26,467 nt of DNA from Chiloscyllium plagiosum (lineage: Eukaryota): positions 6,353,933 through 6,380,399 of the forward strand of contig NC_057749.1 of the NCBI RefSeq assembly GCF_004010195.1, in the 5' to 3' direction. Position 1 is the stretch's first letter. Each line of letters opens with the position of its first letter. Below are positions 22,645-26,467 of this stretch, piece after piece. Position numbers and translations under genes: made by a program. Below the pieces are notes generated by a model. That model was given only the letters and a program-made list of their open reading frames with translations, was not told where the DNA came from and searched no databases.

Positions 22645-22872
22645 AACATTCAGAGTTAATCTGCCTGTTTAAATTTGAACAAATCTTGGCAGTTAACTGT
22701 CAGTCATCAATGAACTAGTACATTCTCCATGGCCTACCAATCAGATTCAACTTGCTAACTAATCAACACTCTCTTCACGTACACATAAAAGTGCTGTTCC
22801 CCTTTACATTAATATTTCTTGTGAATTGTCCTCGTGAGTGAAAGATAAATAAAACTGTTTCATTAGCAATAG
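22645..22872 (+). mobile_element. Second copy of the 6855-7105 repeat
   Basis: Direct sequence similarity (TCAGAGT...TGCCTG.TTTAAA...CAGTTAACTGTCAGTCATC). Confidence 0.65.
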
Positions 22873-23003
22873 TCTAGTTCTGCACTGACAACCTAGGTCA
22901 AATACACTAAAAACAACTAAGCAATAGTTTACAAACACCACCAGTCTTTCTTGGGTTACTGCTTGCATCTGACAGTCTTCCCAATTCAAGATTATAAAGT
23001 TAC

Positions 23004-23062
23004 CTTTCTTGCTGCAGCAGCAGCTATTGGAAGGAATCATATGCTCAAGGGCCAGCACTTGC
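23004..23062 (-). CDS. Candidate exon (QVLALEHMIPSNSCCCSKK), product unknown
   Basis: Strong T-rich acceptor ending ACCTTTAATACCCAG; AAG|GTAACT donor; one open frame. Confidence 0.3.
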
Positions 23063-23579
23063 CTGGGTATTAAAGGTAAAAAAAATGCTCAGTGGCTTGA
23101 ATATTGTATTCATGTATTCTGTTCTTTTGTCCATGATGTATTTTTAGCCTTTGCAATGCTTTTCATTTCTCTATTGAAGGTTGTGACTGAAATGTCAGTT
23201 TCTTTAAAGCTTGCCACACAGTTACTTATTGTAGACCGTCTTATTTACATAAGTGCAGCAGCAAATAAATATTCATCCATTCCTTATGGAGTGTAGCCAT
23301 CAAATCGTTTGGACATTCCAAGTGAATAACAATAGTAACTGCAGACATATTGTGCCCACAAACAAAGCTGAGACCCAAAAAGAAACAGCGCGTGATCAAA
23401 CAAGTTGCACATTCATGTAAAGGGCATTAGTACTTCCGATAATAATGGAAGGCACTTCTGCGTAAAAAGAGAACAAGTAAAACTTGAAATTCAGCAACTC
23501 TTCTGGCATGACTGAAATTGATTTGGGGCATCCATGTAACCATATGTAAAAAGGCATAAAAAATTAGTTCAGAGTCAAC

Positions 23580-25563
23580 AAGAGAAATCTCCGACTGGCT
23601 TGAAAAGATATTGGAGCGGGAGGGGGAAGGATCCAGTTGTTGTGGTCCATGTTGGGACTAACAACACAGGCAAAGCTAGGGTAGAGGACCTGTTTAGGGA
23701 TTAACAAACACTGGAAAGGGAATTGAAGTGCAGGTGCTTAAGGGTCATAATCTCCAGATTACTGCCCGAGCCACGCGCCAATTGGTATAGGGATAAGTAA
23801 GTTAGGGAAGTAGACACATGGCTAAGGGATTGGTGTGGGAAAGAGGGATTCTATTTCATAGGGCATTGACATCAGTTTTGGAACTGGGGGGATCTGTACC
23901 GTTGGGATGGTCTTCGCCTGAACCGATCTAGAACCAGAATTCTAGTGAAAAGGATAAACAGGGTGGTCAGTAGGACTTTAAACTTTCGAGGCGGGGGAAA
24001 GGGAAAGCAAATGCGACAGGGTGTATGGAGTTGAATGGAAAGATAAGCAGCAGGATAGCAGGGGTGCAGGTAGGTTTCAGCCCGAGGCAGACTAGGAATG
24101 CAGCAAAAAGGAAGGATAACTTTGGACATCTTATGATTTCCAATATGTCTAATAATGGTAAAAAAGTTAGCATTAAGGCACTTTACCTGAATGCTCGTAG
24201 TATTCATAATAAAATAGATGAATTAACAACACCAATTATCGTGAATGATTATGATGCGGCAGACATTACAGAGACGTGGTTGTAAGGGGTTCAGGACTGG
24301 CAGTTAAACATTCAAGGATTTACAACTTATTGAAAAGACAGGGAGGTGGGCAGAGGGAGGCGGGGTTGCCTTGTTAGTTAAGAATGAAATTAAATCTTTG
24401 GCACTGAATGACATAGGGTCAGATGATGTGGAGACTGTGTGGGTGGAGTTGAGGAACCATAAAAGCAAAAAAGCCATAATGGAACTTATGTACAGACATC
24501 CTAGCAGTGGTCAGGACCAGGGGCGCAAGATGTACCGGGAAATAGAGAGGGCATGTCAGAAATGCAGGGTTATAGTGATCATGGGGCACTTATATGCAGG
24601 TGGACAGGGCAAATAATGTTGCCAGTGGATTCAAAGAAAGGGAATTCATGGAATGCTTACAGGATAGATTTTTGTAACAACTTGTGATGGAGCCCACAAG
24701 GGAGCAGGCAATTCTAGACTTAGTGCTATGTCATGAGCCAGACTTTATAAAAGATTTTAAAGTAAGGGAACACTTAGGAGACAGCGATCATAATATGGTA
24801 GAGTTCAGTCTGCAGTTTGAAAGAGAGAAGGCAAAGTCAGATACAATGGTGTTCCGATTAAATAAAGGTAATTACAGGGGCATGAGAGAGGAACTAACAG
24901 AAGTCGACAGGAAGCAGAGCCTTGCAGGGATGACAGTACAGTAACAATGGCAGGAGTTTCTGGGTGTAATTGAGGAAACAGTACAGAGGCTCATCCCAAA
25001 GAAAAGATAGATTATCTGAGGTGACAAAAACAAACAGAGGATAATAAAGAGAGAAATAAGGAAGGAGAGGATCAAATATGAAGGGAGGCTAGCCAGTAAT
25101 ATTACAAATGATTGTAAAAGTTTCTTTCAATATATTAGAAACAAATGGGAGGCAAAAGTAGACATTGAGCCACTTCAAATTGATACAGGAAGGCTAGTGA
25201 TAGGAGATAAGGAAATAGCTGAAGTACTTAATAAGTACTTTGCATCAGTCTTCACAGTGGAAGTCATGAGTAATATCCCAACAATTATGGAGAGTCAGGG
25301 GGCAGAATTGAGTATGGTGGGCATTACAAAAGAGAAAGTGCTACAAAAGCTAAAAGGTCTAAAAAATTGATAATTCTCCTGGGTCCGATGTTCTGAGGGA
25401 GGTGGCTGAGGAAATAGCGAAGGCATTGGATGTGATCTTTCAAAAGTCACTGGAGTCAGGGAAAGTCCCAGATGATTGGAAAATCACTGTTACAACCCCC
25501 TTGTTCAAGTAAGGATCAAGACAAAAGATGGAAAATTATAGGCCAATTAGCCTAACCTCGGTT
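23580..25563 (+). mobile_element. Decayed CR1 LINE: ORF1 SGNH-esterase remnant (~23580-23985), ORF2 APE endonuclease (~24170-24830) and RT N-terminus
   Basis: VVVHVGTNN...WDGLRLN; LYLNARSIHNK, ITETWL, PTREQAILDLV, LGDSDHN; KVPDDWK...ENYRPISLTSV; many stops and frameshifts. Confidence 0.95.
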
Positions 25564-25760
25564 TAATTAAATTGAATTGAATTTATTGTCACGTGTATGG
25601 AGGCACAGTGAAAAGCTTTGTCTTGTGAACAATACAGGCAGATCACAGAGTTAAGTAGCATAGATATGTAAATAATAGGTAAACAGCAGCAAGAACAAAA
25701 ACACAGGAGAATGTTAAGAGTTTGTGAGTCCCTTCAGTATTCTAACAGTAGGATAGAAAC
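25564..25760 (-). mobile_element. Rex1/Babar-like LINE 3' end
   Basis: Minus strand reads GCTTTTCACTGTGCCTCC.TACACGTGACAATAAATTCAATTCAATT. Confidence 0.65.
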
Positions 25761-25765
25761 TAGGT

Positions 25766-26467
25766 AACCTCACCATCAAGCCAGCAGATAAAGGGGGCGA
25801 AGTGGTAGTCTGACGCACTGACCTCTACACCACTGAAGCCAGACGACAACTCAAGGATACATCCTCCTACTGCCCCCTCGACCATGACCCCACCCCTCAT
25901 CACCAAACTATCATCTCCCAGACCATACAGAACCTCATCACCTCAGGAGATCTCCCACCCACAACTTCCAACCTCATAGCCCGGGAACCCCGGACTGCCT
26001 GATTCTACCTCCTTCCCAAGATCCACAAGCCTGACCACCCTGGCCGACCCATTGTCTCAGGATGCTCCTGCCCCACTGAACTCATCTCTACCTACCTCAA
26101 CACTGTCCTACCCCCCTAGTCCAGGAACTCCCCACATACGTTTGAGACACCACCCATGCCCTCCACCTCCTCCAAGACTTCTGTTTCCCCGGCCCCCAAC
26201 GTCACATCTTCACCATGGATATCCAATCTCTCTACACCCCCATCCGCCATGATCAGGGACTCCAAGCCCTCTGATTTTTCCTATCCCGATGTCCCCAACA
26301 GTACCCTTCCACCAATTCTCTCATTCATTTGGCCGAACTGGTCCTCACCCTTAACAATTTCTCCTTCGAATCCTCCCACTTCCTCCAGACCAAAGGGGTA
26401 GCCATGGGCACCTGTATGGGCCACAGCTATGCCTGTCTCTTTGTTGGCTATGTAGAACAGTCCATCT
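25766..26467 (+). pseudogene. Penelope-like element reverse transcriptase fragment (runs off the window)
   Basis: LTIKPADKGG...[20 protein letters not shown]...FTMDIQSLYT...NNFSFESSHFLQTKGVAMG; four in-frame TGA stops and one frameshift near 26110. Confidence 0.93.

Noticed and set aside
1..26467. CRISPR array, operon or prokaryotic defence system
   Set aside because: No regularly spaced repeats or dense coding; the sequence is vertebrate repeat-rich DNA.

Overview
AT-rich eukaryotic DNA, almost certainly from a cartilaginous fish. The repeats are HE1-type V-SINEs, HER1/CR1 LINEs, a Deu-domain SINE and shark-type Penelope-like elements (PLEs); a carpet/bamboo shark is plausible but is only an inference. 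Much of the window is decayed, often nested retroelements. These include a 2 kb CR1 remnant (ORF1 esterase, APE endonuclease, start of RT), a PLE reverse-transcriptase pseudogene at the right edge, a probable solo LTR, at least four SINE families and several short PLE terminal-repeat insertions. Two of those PLE insertions have clear target-site duplications (TSDs) and carry intact minimal type I hammerhead ribozyme cores (7600-7635, 9600-9635). No host gene can be named. A few minus-strand exon-like segments can be joined in frame, but this is low confidence. Almost all ORFs in the track are repeat-derived or spurious. Repeat family names come from recalled motifs, not a database search, and repeat boundaries are approximate unless a TSD is quoted.
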